A stretch of DNA of 47,281 bases from Octopus bimaculoides (Eukaryota), in the NCBI RefSeq assembly GCF_001194135.2, contig NC_068987.1, positions 90,845,284 through 90,892,564 on the forward strand, given 5' to 3'. Below are positions 1 to 11,756 of this stretch, piece after piece (within the stretch, counting starts at the first letter, position 1; the number at the start of each line of letters is the position of its first letter). The notes under the pieces were generated by a model that was given only the letters and a program-made list of their open reading frames with translations, did no database searches and was not told the DNA's origin. The translations under genes and the position numbers were made by a program.

Positions 1-343
1 CTGTACAAGGTACACAAAAAACGCGCAATTTTTTTTTTTTATAATCAAACGTTTTCATTTGAAAACTTTTTGAAATTTTTAAACAAAACCAAAAAAAAAT
101 AATAATAAAAAAATCTGGATCTCGAGTGTTTAAAACATATTTCTTTTCTTTGATAGAATCGTAATTTACGATTTTTAAAATATGATAAAACCAAAATTTG
201 TTTTGGCGAACTAGTTATTTTCCGACGCTATTCAACAGGAATGCTATTATAATTCATGTTCATAAATAAATACGTTTTCTTTACAAACAATCAAAATATT
301 GTCAAGAAGAAATAAAAACTTAATGTTTTTGCTGGTATTTCAC

Positions 344-378
344 CTTTTTTGGCGTTTTAATTTCGTCGAAGGCAGCAT
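344..378 (-). CDS. Candidate first coding exon of a divergent gene (MLPSTKLKRQK-R)
   Basis: ATG at 378, donor AG|GTGAAA at 344/343; the downstream minus strand is T-rich and intron-like; no protein family recognised. Confidence 0.25.
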
Positions 379-493
379 TTTCTTCTGTCGCTAATTAAGG
401 GCACCTGTTGGCATTAATTGTGTACAGCGGTTGCTAACGACACTCTTCAGTGAAGAAGGCGAGCTTGAATATTTACCCAGAAACCAATTGGAT

Positions 494-501
494 TCCTTTT
501 C
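494..501 (+). promoter_or_regulatory. RPL35A: TCT initiator / 5'TOP start of RPL35A (TCCTTTTC, predicted TSS C496)
   Basis: Matches YYC(+1)TTTYY, the ribosomal-protein initiator; followed 24 nt later by the donor AGTG|GTGAGT at 519/520. Confidence 0.75.
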
Positions 502-519
502 CGGTTACCATTGAAAGTG
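496..519 (+). other. RPL35A: RPL35A non-coding exon 1 (5'UTR)
   Basis: Lies between the TCT motif and the GTGAGT donor; would splice to the acceptor TTTCTCTCAG|ATTATCATG at 1734/1735. Confidence 0.7.
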
Positions 520-1740
520 GTGAGTTGTATATTTTACGTATGTCTCTTTTTTTTCTTCATTCTTCAGACTTTTAGGTACATATTTTATATTAATTATAAT
601 TGTACGTTATTGTATGAACGTTCGAGTATGTAATAATTATAATTTAAATCAAGGATGGGGTATAATAATCTTGATTTAAATCGATATTTTCTATCATCAC
701 CATTTAACACGCTGCCACCAGAAATTATCAAATATGAATTTTTCTTCACTTACTAATTCTTGTTTTTCCCTCTTCTTGTACCATAAGTCATTTCACAGTT
801 ACTTTATTCATTAGTAATTATTATTTTATGCTATTACTCCTCTATTATTTAACAAATGCACATATATATATAACCTTATTTCGGCGACTCTGGTTCACTT
901 CGTACCCCCCCCCCTGTTGATATTTTATTATCTTTTATATTTCATAATTATTAAACGCACCTCGTGTATAATTATAATTTAATGTTGCTGTTTATACAAA
1001 ATATTACCATATGTAATGATTCAAGGTGGTTTGTAAATTGGCAAATTTTGTTGCCATTTACACGTCTGAAGAATGGAGAAATAGTAATTCCTCTCTTCCT
1101 TACTCTCTGGAAATTTATTTCTTTGCTATTCCTCAGTTTATTAACTTCTTGGGTGGGATGTGTTAGTTTTTAATGTAAGTCTTCTTTCTATTCACTGTTG
1201 ATTTCAAGAGTTTATATTCAGATAAATGTGGGGGATGTATGTGTTTCTTTAAGGACCAGATAATTTCATTGTGGAATAAAAATGCAAATCAACCTTGAAC
1301 AGGAGACGTACATTAAAAACTAACATTCCATAAGAATTAGATTTTTGAATTATGTTCCCCGTCGACTTGTTTATATTATAGCATGTGGAAGAGCAGGGAC
1401 ATTATAGTTCTTAGACTCTCGAAAGGCAAACTGTTTCACCCCTATAAATGAGAAACCACAATAAAAGAGGGACAAAATAAGTAGCATGTCTCATTACTTC
1501 GGTTTGTTTGTCACGTCAGGTATAACACGTGCGTTCAGCTAAATATATTTCAACTAACAAAATTATATCTTATAGTCAGAATTATTCGCAGAGATTTTTT
1601 AATTAGCACCTGATTTCTAAGTGAAAGCTATCGTTTTTTATTTTTTTTTTTTTTTACTTATAATTACTGTTGTAAATAAATTATTTTTTTAGAAACGATT
1701 GACTGGTTAATCCAGTTTCCTTTCTTTCTCTCAGATTATC

Positions 1741-1814
1741 ATGTCGGAGGGTGAGGCAAAAGCAGCGCCAGCGGCCAAATCGAAAAAGAAGACACCGAAA
1801 CGAACACCTGGCAG
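1741..1814 (+). CDS. RPL35A: RPL35A coding exon 1 (MSEG...RTPG, phase 2)
   Basis: Pyrimidine tract and AG at 1733-1734; donor AG|GTAATA. Confidence 0.9.
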
Positions 1815-4800
1815 GTAATATTTTTGATAGATAATCCATGTGTTCATCACTAAATCAATATTTACAATGTTAGGTGGAATTCTTTTGTTTTTGTTTCGAT
1901 GTATCATTAAAGCGAATGAAAGATTGCAAGACGAAATTGAACGGTCCAAACGGGATGTATTTAATTTCTGTATAGCGATGCTAGATAATTGTATATGTAT
2001 TTTTACCTTGTAAACGAACGTAACGGAAGGGTGAGGCTTAGGCGGTGCACCGAGTTTATTTAATTTCAGTAAATAACAGTTGAACATAGGACAAATAAAA
2101 GTGTTTGCATATTGCCAAAATTCTTGCATTCTGAGCAGATAAAATATTTGCAACATCATTATTTAGCAAAATATTTTAGCTGCTGGTCATTTAATCATGT
2201 TTTGTTGTGGCCAATATTCTTAAAACGAGATGCTTGGAGTCTTGTTCTGTTATTATTCACTATAACAGAATTTAGATCGCCAATTAGATAAACTCTCTCT
2301 CATTGTTCCCATAGCAACAAATTTAAACTAAGCTCTTAAGACTACGTGATGTTGATATATTCAAGAAAATCCTGTATGAAAAGTCTTCATTGTAGGTAAA
2401 CTGATGCACATGGCTGCCTAATGACCCTCAGATCACACCTTGCTGTTATATATACATCGTTATCGATTAACGTCCATTTTCCATGCTGGCATGGGTTGGG
2501 CAGTTTGACTGGGCCAGGAGGCTGCACCAGGCCCCTATAATACCAACCACTCAGAGTGTAGTGGGTGCTTTTTGCATGCCACTGACACAGGAGCCAATCA
2601 GGGCAAAGGGGCAGGCATCGACCACATTCAGATGGTGCTTTTTATGTGCCACCAACACATGGAACCAGTCGTGCAGCACTGGCTACAACCCACACATGAA
2701 TGGTGCTTATTGCATGCCACTGGCACAGGAGCCAGTCAGGCGACACTGGCATCAGCCACAACTACAATTTCCATTATTTTGATGTTGATGTACTTGAGCC
2801 AAAGGTACTTTTTTAAGTGGGCTGGCTATGCGAGATTGGTGTAGGCTATTACTGATCTCTCTCTGCTTCCCGGGTCTTCTCAGTCAGCATATCTCCAGAG
2901 GTCTCGGTCTTTCGGCATTGCTCCTGTGAGGCCTAACATTTGAAGGTTGTGCTTCACCACCTCATCCCATGTCTTCCTGGGTCTATTCTACCCCAGATTC
3001 CTTCAGCTGTTTTGGAGTGGCACTTCTTCACAGCTCTCCTCATCCATCCATAGTACATGACCATACCAGCGCAAATGTCTCTCTTGCATGCCACATCCAA
3101 TGCTTCTTGTGGCCAACATTTCTCTCAGGGTGCTTACACTGTCATGTGTGCAGGCTGACATTACACATCCAGCAGATCATGCTAACCTGATCTCTTTTGA
3201 GCCTACACGTCTTTAGCAGTCACGGCCTGTTTCACTGCTGTAAAGCATGGCAGTTCGCACACATGCATCATACAATGTACCTTTCACTCGGAGCTTTCTA
3301 AACTTTGCCCAGGCTATTCTTATTCTAGTGGCAATGATCTCTGAGTATCCATCTCCACTACAGACTTAGTTGCCTAGGGAGTAGAAGCTATCAACTACTT
3401 CTGGTTTCACCTGGCATGTGATGGAATCTGTGGTGCTTATTGTTTCTATGCATCTGTCTCCGGAGACTTTGATGTAGTTGTTCAACCTGCTAGAAACAGC
3501 AACCAAATCTTGAATTTACAATGCAGTTCCTGATATACAAGCTGGCAGGATGGTCATGACTGGAATGCATTTGGTCATTGATTAGTTCAATCAAGGCTGG
3601 CCTGGAGCTAAACAGCTACCATAAGAACACATGAATTTACATTGCTTCTGTGTGTGTAATCATGAACTCAGGATTATAATTTTATAAATTTAGCTTAATT
3701 AACAATCACTAGTAATTAGGGGGATTTGAAAAGATATTTGCACAAAAATTACTTTGTTCCTTTCATTGCATTGTAAAAAACCATTTCAATAAACTTTGCT
3801 GAGAGCTTGATGCTGATATAATCATCATCATTTTTAATATCTGCTTTCCATACTGGCGTGAGTTGGATGGTTTGATGCCCTTCCTAATACCAACCACTCA
3901 GTGACACTCTTTTACGTGACACTGGCATTAGCCATGATTATGGTCTCACTTCGCTTGACAAGTCTACATAGGCATGGTATATCACCAAAGGTGTTGGTCA
4001 CCTGTCACTGCTTGAATGGTGCTTTTTTATGTGTCAATCAGATGGCACTGGTATCAACCACATCCATCTTGTTTCTCTTTAATTTTCTACACACACACAC
4101 ACACATAAAAGTTTAGGCAAGGCTGTGGTTAAAAACCTCATTTTATAACTATTGTTTTGAGTTTAGTTCCAGTGGACATGCCAGACTTGCCAACAAAGAA
4201 TAACAAAGTCGGTTTGTTTAACTGATGGCTACACGAAATTGCCCTGCCAATATCACAGTCCAGTGGCAAAAATGAAGGGGTACATTTTTCTACAGCATCT
4301 AAACTCTCTGCTAGTTTGACTATAAACAAATATAGCAGTCAAACTACAGCAGAGTTGGTGATACAAGTACGTAGTAGTGATGACCATGCTACTTTTTCTT
4401 GCCAGCATAGAATTCATGAAAATGGAAACTTGAATAGCGACTGTTGTCTGCTGTAGAAACAATTCAGTAAGGACTGGCAAGTAAAAGGATTATTATTATA
4501 TAGGTTGAACTACCAATGTGAACTGTTTTTTAGTCTTAATGTTAGACTTGTCAACATTAACATAGTCAGAAGTTATATTGTTGTTTATATTTATTTCAGA
4601 CTCTATGTTAAAGCTGTGTTCACTGGCTACAAACGTGGTTTAAGAAACCAGTATGAGCACACTGCACTCTTAAAGATTGATGGTGTTTATAAAAGAAAAG
4701 AAACTAGTTTTTACCTTGGCAAAAAATGTGCTTATGTATACAAGGCAAAGAGGTAAGCTTTATCTTCTTTTTTTTTTTTTACAAACAACGCGGCAGGGTG

Positions 4801-7800
4801 GGTATTTATCTGACACAGTATTGGCCCCACAGTTAGAAACTGGTCCCAATGTGCTTCCAGCCCGTTTCGTTCTTTTACATCTTGACCCTCCTCCTCCTCC
4901 TACATCGTCATGGAGGCCCCATGCAAAGTGGCACTTTCTGGTCTCTTGCATACCACTCAGCAACTGCACCCGTTGTTTGTGGACCTTGCACAATGTCTAG
5001 TAGGGCTTGTGCTTTTGGTATTCTGCATTCACTACTCACCACCTTCAAATTAACGCATTTTTTAAAATGTGCTCAGAAGAACTTGCTATAAAGTCTCTCT
5101 ATGGTTCAATCCCGCACTTAATTCAGTCTCCAATCAAATTCACAAAGTTTTGCTTGGTATATTATGAGTGCAACAGCATTATTGACTTAATTAAATACAG
5201 CTTTTCTAATAAACGCTGTTAGAATTAAATTCAGACAACTTTCTCATTTTGTAGGGTGATATGCCTGCTTCAATACTTCATTAGAAAGTTTTCTGCTGGG
5301 TTTGGTGGGGAGGGGTTGGCTTCTCCACAATATAAAAGTTTCGGTGACCTTCATCCTAAGGCTTGACTTAACTTACGATTTGGTTTCTTAAAGACCTGAA
5401 TTGCTATCATCATTTAATGTCTGTTCTTCCTGACATGGGTTGGATGGTTTCAAAGGAACTGTACCAGGCTTCAATTGTCAACAACTTTACAGTGTGTATT
5501 GGGTGCTTTTTTACGTGGCACCATTACCATCATCATCAGTTACTTTGCAAAACAAAATCCCTCAACTCATAGATGGGTGGCTTTGTGTCAGTTGAGAGAT
5601 TAAATGTATAGGGACGGGCTGGGACAGGTGTCTTGCTGTAGAGTAGATGCATGGATACGAGAGAGGTAGACTGGCAAAGGTAACTCAAGAAGTTGGTGGG
5701 TGATGTAGTATGTGCCTAAATCTGATCTTGGGAGAAGCTAAAGATTTTGATGACATGCAGTTAATTTGGTATGCATCATCATCATACATTTACTGCATGA
5801 GTTTTGGTGTTCTTTAACCCTTTCGTTACCAAACCACCCGAAAAAAAATGTTGGTTTATGTGACAAAACCGCCCGTAATCACCTATTCATATTTAAATGA
5901 GAATATCCGAGCAAATCTCGTTAGTACATTCGTGAGAACACGTGATTATTTGTGTAAACAGTTCAGCTATAGTTATGTACAACGATTGACGTGTTTTTTT
6001 AATTTTGTGAATTTTGGGAGATTTTTTTCCAAATTTGTTCCTGTTATGTTTTCAAAATTTGTAATCCTGACAAAAAAATGGATACGAATTTTATTCTGTC
6101 AAGCAGCGAGTCAGAATTCGAAAGATTTTCCGTTGAAAGACCTTGATAAATCTAACCCTGTAACCGAAAAAAAAAAAGCACGTGGTATTTAATAATGAAT
6201 GTTTCATTTTCCGAAAATGAAAGCAGTGAATCCGAGAGCTCAGATGATGGCGATAAANNNNNNNNNNNNNNNNNNNNNNNNNNNNNNNNNNNNNNNNNNN
6301 NNNNNNNNNNNNNNNNNNNNNNNNNNNNNNNNNNNNNNNNNNNNNNNNNNNNNNNNNNNNNNNNNNNNNNNNNNNNNNNNNNNNNNNNNNNNNNNNNNNN
6401 NNNNNNNNNNNNNNNNNNNNNNNNNNNNNNNNNNNNNNNNNNNNNNNNNNNNNNNNNNNNNNNNNNNNNNNNNNNNNNNNNNNNNNNNNNNNNNNNNNNN
6501 NNNNNNNNNNNNNNNNNNNNNNATTATTATGGGCATTAGAAAGTTACCTAGAATAACAAATTATTAGAGTAGTGATGAACCCTTTGGAGACGAATATGTC
6601 TCAAGTATAATGACAAGGATACGGTTTTTAAAATTGACTCAATATCTACATGTAAGAGACACGAGCAGTACACCAGTACGTGGATAACCAGACTTTGATC
6701 CCTTATTTAAAATAAGACCCCTCATTGACTGTGTTCAAAACACATATAAAACAGTTTATAGATGAGGATATGGTGGGCTATAAAGGCCGAATGCGTTTTC
6801 GACAGTATATGCCAGGAAAGCCCACAAAATGAGGGATCAAAGTTTGGAAGATTTGTGAATCAAATACTGGGTACTGCTCTGGATTTTAATTTTATACTGG
6901 CAAAAGAGAGTAATGAATCCAGTTTATGTGCACAACTCTTCTATAATAATATTTTGTTGTATACCCAATTGAATATTAGCTAATAACCCATTTTCTATAG
7001 CGATGTTTGAACAAATTAGAGTAACTTTGTGACAAAAATTTTGGTATAGAATTGGTTGATAACCTTTCGTTAAATTATCTTCCAAAAATCACATTAATAT
7101 GTTGATAAATAAAAAAGTTAGAATTGTTTAATGAAACCAGACTAAATTTATGATTCTGTTAGAAATTAATTGAAACACATAAGGGGTGTATTTTGGTTAG
7201 AAATATGGTAACGAAAGGGTTAAGAATGTAATTTGCCTGTTTTGTCAGATTCACCTGCCCATGTGTGTTGTTGAATATCAAAGATTGTAGGTGTTTTCAC
7301 ATGCATTTTCAGGATCTCAATCTCCAGCTTGGGTTTTTTTACCTGGAAGCTGCACACTTGGCATCAGGAAGATCATTCCAAGATATGTCTTCAGTTCCTC
7401 CAAGTGTTTTCTATTGTCCAACATATATGTGCTTTTATTGTTTACTTGTTCCGGTCATGCTGGTGCACTGTGTTATGGAAGTTTTATTGGTCTCTTGTGC
7501 AAAGCCACTAAGTTACAGAGGCATAGCCACACCAGCAGTGGGGTGGGGGCGAGCAGGGGCAAGCACACAGCTATATATGTATATGTGACAACCAAATCCA
7601 CTCACATGGTGCCACTCAGTGACACTGAATGTGGAACAATATGGTTGAGAAACAAACTTATATACCATTCTAAATGTTTCCTTCAAAACCAAGCTCTCTG
7701 GTCTGTTTCTATAAAGATTACTGGTTTCAAGTTTTGGCACAAGGCTGGCAATTTTGGGGAAGCTGGTCCTTATTTTGTTGACCTTGGCAGAATTTGAACT

Positions 7801-10800
7801 CAGAACATGAAGACAGTTAAAATGCCACTAAACGTCTTCACCAGCCACTTGCAAGATTGAAGGGAAATAACAAAAGAAAAAAAAAGATTCTTGGTAAGAG
7901 GTATTGGTTGTGTGGTAAGAAGTTTCCTTGCCAGCCACACCGTTGTAAGATCATTCACACTGCATGACAGATTGGTCAAATGTCTTCTGTTATAGCATTG
8001 CGCCAACCAAAAGCTTTGTGGGTGGGCTTCGAAGAGGGAAACGGAAAGGCGGCTGTCCTGTGTGTGTTTCTGATCCCGTAACGTAGTGGTTTGGCAAAAG
8101 AGACCAACTGAATATGAACCCAGGTCAGTTTCTTTGACTAAAACAAGTAAAAGATAAAGCACAGATTCCACAGACTGCTGGGCTCTGCTAAAGTTTGGCT
8201 GACTTCAGCTGGGCCACCCTTTTCGGGCTGCGTTAACGTGTGGTTCTGAGTATGTAGACAATTGTGGTTGCTTATAGTAGAGGGCTTAAAAGATTAAGTT
8301 GCAGGTGGTGGTGGCATGTAAAAGGCATCCACTATACTTGGAATGCTTGGCATTAGCAAGGGTATTCAGCTGTAGAAGCTTTACCCGATCAGATTGGACC
8401 TCGGTGCAGCCTTCTGGCTTGTTAGACATATGTCATACCTTCCAACCCGTGCCAGCATGGAAAGTGGACATTAAGTAATGATGATGTAGCAGTGGCCCTG
8501 TTTACAAGATCATCAGTTAGAATCCACTTTCCATGCTGGCATGGGTTGGATGGCTTAACTGGAACTGGTAAGCTGGAGAGCTGCACCTGACTCCAGTCTG
8601 GATTTGGCTTGGTTTCTATGGCTGGATGCCATTAGGTGTCACCATCATGGAAGCATGGCTTTTAGGTTGTTCCCAGGACACTCCATACCTCAACAACAAA
8701 TTGCAGCTGCAACATCTGCACTATCAGATGCAGTTGCCCTCCTGGTGGGGCATTTGTTCAGTCTTCAGGGTGGATTTTTGGGCCACAAACAGAAGTATTG
8801 CTTTGGCTGCTGGAATCGACATGGTGAATTCACCGGTCGGAACCAGCGCAGCCCGCCCCGGCTGAGTGCCACTGAAAGTACAGCAAAGTTATTTAGTAGC
8901 ACAAGGACCATTTTCTATGGAACACTTCCACAGTCGGTCATAAGTATGTCTCGGACAAACAGGTAAATAAAGTATTATGGTGTTTCCCTATTCATCAGCT
9001 AATTATAAGTTAACCAGATTTCATTGTGTCTTAGTTTATATTTGAAGCCAAGAGTTCAATTCCACTCTTTGTTTCTGTAGTACTCCCAAAATGTTTACCA
9101 TGCACTTCGGATCTTCCCAATCAATGGGACACTGTTTTGCTTGGTGTATAAGCGAGTGCCACAGAAAATTGGAATTTTTATATAATGCAATCCTCTCAGT
9201 GGTGTCTGTCACATAAAATTCCAGACAAATTTTAAGTGCGATTGTTTGTTATGGTTTTTTAATTTCTTTATTCTGCTGTTCATTGAAGTTCTATGGTAAC
9301 TGCATATTGTGTGTGTGATTTTACAAAAATGGCCTTTGGCCTCGTCAGCTATGTAACTATTAAAACAGGACACTATTTTCATCCACCCTGGTGTCACGAG
9401 CAAGAACTCCTGAACTTCCGGCTGAGTGTTCGGTCAATGCAAATGTGATTCGTTGTTCAGCTTGTCCCGCCTGCAAAGTATAATCTATGAACATGTATTT
9501 GTTTTGTTCTTTAATTGTACATGTGTGTAGTTGTAAATATTTTCATTGTAGGAAAACAAGAATTCCAGGCACCAAAACTGCAGGACACATTCGTATAATA
9601 TGGGGCAAAGTCACCCGTCCCCATGGAAATAGTGGTGCTGTGCGTGCAAAATTTAAGAAGAATCTACCTGCTACTGCTATTGGAAGACGTATCCGAGTTG
9701 TAAGTGAAGAATGTCATATATTTCACTATTCCTGGCATTTGTTGATTTGAAGATGTTTGAAAGAGTAGAGTGTTCTGTAATTTTGGTGTAGGTTTGTGGG
9801 GGCTGAACAAGATATGTACAAAGATTATTGAGAGTTCCTGATTTTAGCTTGAAGGGTCAGTCCTCAGCCCTGTGTGCCGTCACAGAGGAGTTTAGGACTC
9901 AATGTCCATGGGAACTATATATCAAGGATCTGGGTCTCAAGTGGATCTACATCGGGATTAGAACGGAGATTTCAGGTGTGGAAGCTAAGCCTAGAAGTAA
10001 GGAGCTTCTGGATAAACTTAGCAAAGATTTGGGTTTTATCAAATAGGAAGGAATGCAGGACCTTGGTACCCCCAGGGAAATGGCTTTGATCAATATGCAG
10101 GAAAGCAGTAGTTATAAATTGCACCAAGTTGTGAGTGGCCAAAACTCCTCCAATTACTCTGATGCCTTCTATTTTAACCCCCTTGTGTAGCATAAGGCGG
10201 TCTCTCAGGGGTCGAAGTCTTGCATGCTGTAAACTGTTTCCTATTCGAAAGCACTTCCGGTCCTAAAATGCATGCCAAGCAGTGGTCCACAATGCAATCA
10301 GTGCTTTCCACCTGTCGAGACAGCCCGTTCCACTGCTGAACATGGACACCTTTGGGGTGGGTGTGATAAACCAGATCTGGTTGATTTGAAGAAAAACAAT
10401 ATTTTGGCTGTGTTAAATGATGTCCAATACTCTTTCAAAGAAAGCTATTACTTCACTTGGGTTCATTCTATTGTTTTGCTCCATCTGTCCTTCCAAAATA
10501 TTCTTTTTGGGGAAATTATGTTTGTAACAAGGAGGAACAATTTTTTCGGATCTTTTTTAAAACGGGGGCCACGTTTTTGGTACGGAAAGACTTTCAAACT
10601 TCGTATACTTATCTATTTTGTGTTATAGAACAGAAAAATATTTTTGTATTCGAATTTATTTCATGTAAAAAATTGTCTTATTTCGATAATTTCAACCAAT
10701 CACTGACGTCCATTCAGCCGATATACATTAAGTGCCGACTACATAAACAAACGATTCTTCGTTTTATTTGCTTTTTTCATTTTAAATTTGCTTTAACCCT

Positions 10801-11739
10801 AACCTTAGGGTTAGGGTTAATTGTTTCAGAATCGTTTGTTTATGTAGTCGGCGCTTAATGTATATCGGCTGAATGGACGTCAGTGATTGGTTGAAATTAC
10901 AGAAATACGACAACTTTAACATGGAATAATTTATGGATTTCTTTTTTTTTTAAGAAGACTAAGAGAAAAAGATGTTTTATATGACACATTCTACCAGTGT
11001 TCCAAGTTTCAAAGTGTTTCGTTAATGAAAAATGTGGCCCCCGTTTTAAAAAAGATCCATTTTTTTCAAATGCCTAACATCTTGGAATCAAATCCAAACA
11101 AGTTGTCTAGATACACTTAGCTGTATATAGTAAATTTTGTTTTGTTGTTCGATATTTTTCTTTTAATTTATCTGTAGGGTGAGTAACGAATTTTGATTTA
11201 TTTCTTTTGTAAATCATTATTGTATATCTCTGTGGGAGAGCTTATTTAATCTAGTTGATGGTGTGTGTGTACTTTGTTTTCTAGTTTTCTTCAGACAATT
11301 GCCAGTCATTCGTTTTACTTATACCTTTATGGTACACCTGTCTTTTGTGTGTTTAATTTCACCTGATGAATCCAGTAATGTGCACAATTATTCTATAGTA
11401 AAATTTTGTTGTATACCCAATTGAATATTTGCTAATAACCCATTTTCTATAGCGATGTTTGAACAATAATTTGTTGAATTTACATGTAATTAGTCATTTT
11501 GCGACAAAAATTATGGTATAGAACTGGTTGAGGATCTTTCATTACAAGTTGAAACACATAGGGGGGTGTATTTTGGTTAGAAGTAAGGTAAATGATGAAA
11601 ATCAATACAACCCACTTGACATTGTTGTTTGAGGGGGTTTGTGTGTCCCCTCACAGCCACCATGCGTTTATCCTGGTAATTACTCTTTTTTTTTTTTTTT
11701 TTTTTTTTTCTTCAGATGTTGTATCCATCAAGAATCTAA
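1741..11739 (+). CDS. RPL35A: 60S ribosomal protein L35a (eL33), join(1741-1814,4600-4752,9552-9699,11716-11739), 132 aa
   Basis: Spliced translation [132 protein letters not shown]; contains the eL33 signatures [21 protein letters not shown] and MLYPSRI; all introns GT-AG with consistent phases. Confidence 0.98.
2455..3560 (-). mobile_element. Decayed RTE-clade LINE, 3' part including 3'UTR/tail
   Basis: Minus-strand fragments [35 protein letters not shown] and [10 protein letters not shown] are typical of an RTE ORF C-terminus; ends in the CCATGCCAGCATGGAAA tail seen many times in the window. Confidence 0.8.
4600..4752 (+). CDS. RPL35A: RPL35A coding exon 2 (RLYVK...YKAK)
   Basis: TTTCAG|A acceptor; AG|GTAAGC donor. 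Confidence 0.98.
5818..7219 (+). mobile_element. Non-autonomous piggyBac element copy 1, contains N gap 6258-6522
   Basis: TTAA at 5814-5817 and 7220-7223; perfect 14-bp TIR CCCTTTCGTTACCA/TGGTAACGAAAGGG; interrupted transposase fragments [15 protein letters not shown] and [28 protein letters not shown]. Confidence 0.92.
6258..6522. other. Assembly gap (other gaps 28511-28620 and 43401-43410)
   Basis: N runs. Confidence 1.
7900..8487 (+). mobile_element. tRNA-derived SINE with RTE-type tail (interrupted)
   Basis: Head GGTTGTGTGGTAAGAAGTTT similar to copies near 30320 and 33100; ends CCAGCATGGAAAGTGGACATTAAGTAATGATGATG. Confidence 0.6.
8650..9000 (-). repeat. Interspersed repeat, probably the 5' region of a LINE
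   Basis: GC-rich block that I recognise as a recurrent Octopus repeat; class assignment is inference. Confidence 0.4.
9552..9699 (+). CDS. RPL35A: RPL35A coding exon 3 (RKTRI...RIRV)
   Basis: TTGTAG|G acceptor; GTT|GTAAGT donor. Confidence 0.98.
9850..10140 (+). mobile_element. RTE LINE reverse-transcriptase fragment
   Basis: Frameshifted [22 protein letters not shown] (decayed YADD region), then [23 protein letters not shown]. Confidence 0.8.
10548..11058. mobile_element. Foldback MITE, MULE-like
   Basis: 25-bp perfect TIR GGATCTTTTTTAAAACGGGGGCCAC; near-identical 9-bp flanks AATTTTTTC/ATTTTTTTC; inner 71-bp inverted repeat 10688-10758/10828-10898. Confidence 0.8.
11365..11590 (+). mobile_element. 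3' fragment of the same piggyBac family
   Basis: Homologous to 6912-7210 (GAATCCAG...TTGTATACCCAATTGAATAT...GGGGTGTATTTTGGTTAGAA). Confidence 0.8.
11716..11739 (+). CDS. RPL35A: RPL35A last coding exon (MLYPSRI*)
   Basis: Long T tract and TTCAG acceptor; conserved C-terminus; TAA stop. Confidence 0.97.
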   Translation: MLYPSRI

Positions 11740-11750
11740 AGACATGTAAA

Positions 11751-11756
11751 AATAAA
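11751..11756 (+). terminator. RPL35A: RPL35A polyadenylation signal AATAAA
   Basis: Canonical hexamer 12 nt after the stop, followed by a U-rich tract. Confidence 0.8.

Noticed and set aside
642-681. 12-bp inverted repeat ATTTAAATCAAG/CTTGATTTAAAT in RPL35A intron 1
   Set aside because: Very AT-rich and partly self-palindromic; not distinguishable from chance
2346-2404. Possible C/D snoRNA in RPL35A intron (GTGATGT...CTGA)
   Set aside because: Imperfect C box, no terminal stem, no rRNA-complementary guide that I can recognise
4377-4460. GTGATGA C-box and ACA tail suggesting a snoRNA
   Set aside because: No downstream CTGA D box; hairpin sizes do not fit the H/ACA layout
7291-7797. 168-aa ORF on +
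   Set aside because: No family similarity; runs through repeat-like and SINE sequence
9370-9382. 12-nt intronic complement (CACTATTTTCAT) to the RPL35A 9552-9699 exon as an editing-complementary sequence
   Set aside because: Too short and not extendable collinearly; expected by chance
8858-9480. Shared 11-mer CCGGCTGAGTG (~8858, ~9418), each followed later by GCAAAGT; tried HDV-like ribozyme and D-box guide models
   Set aside because: Could not build the P1/P2/P3 pseudoknot; no C boxes; the first copy lies in a likely interspersed repeat
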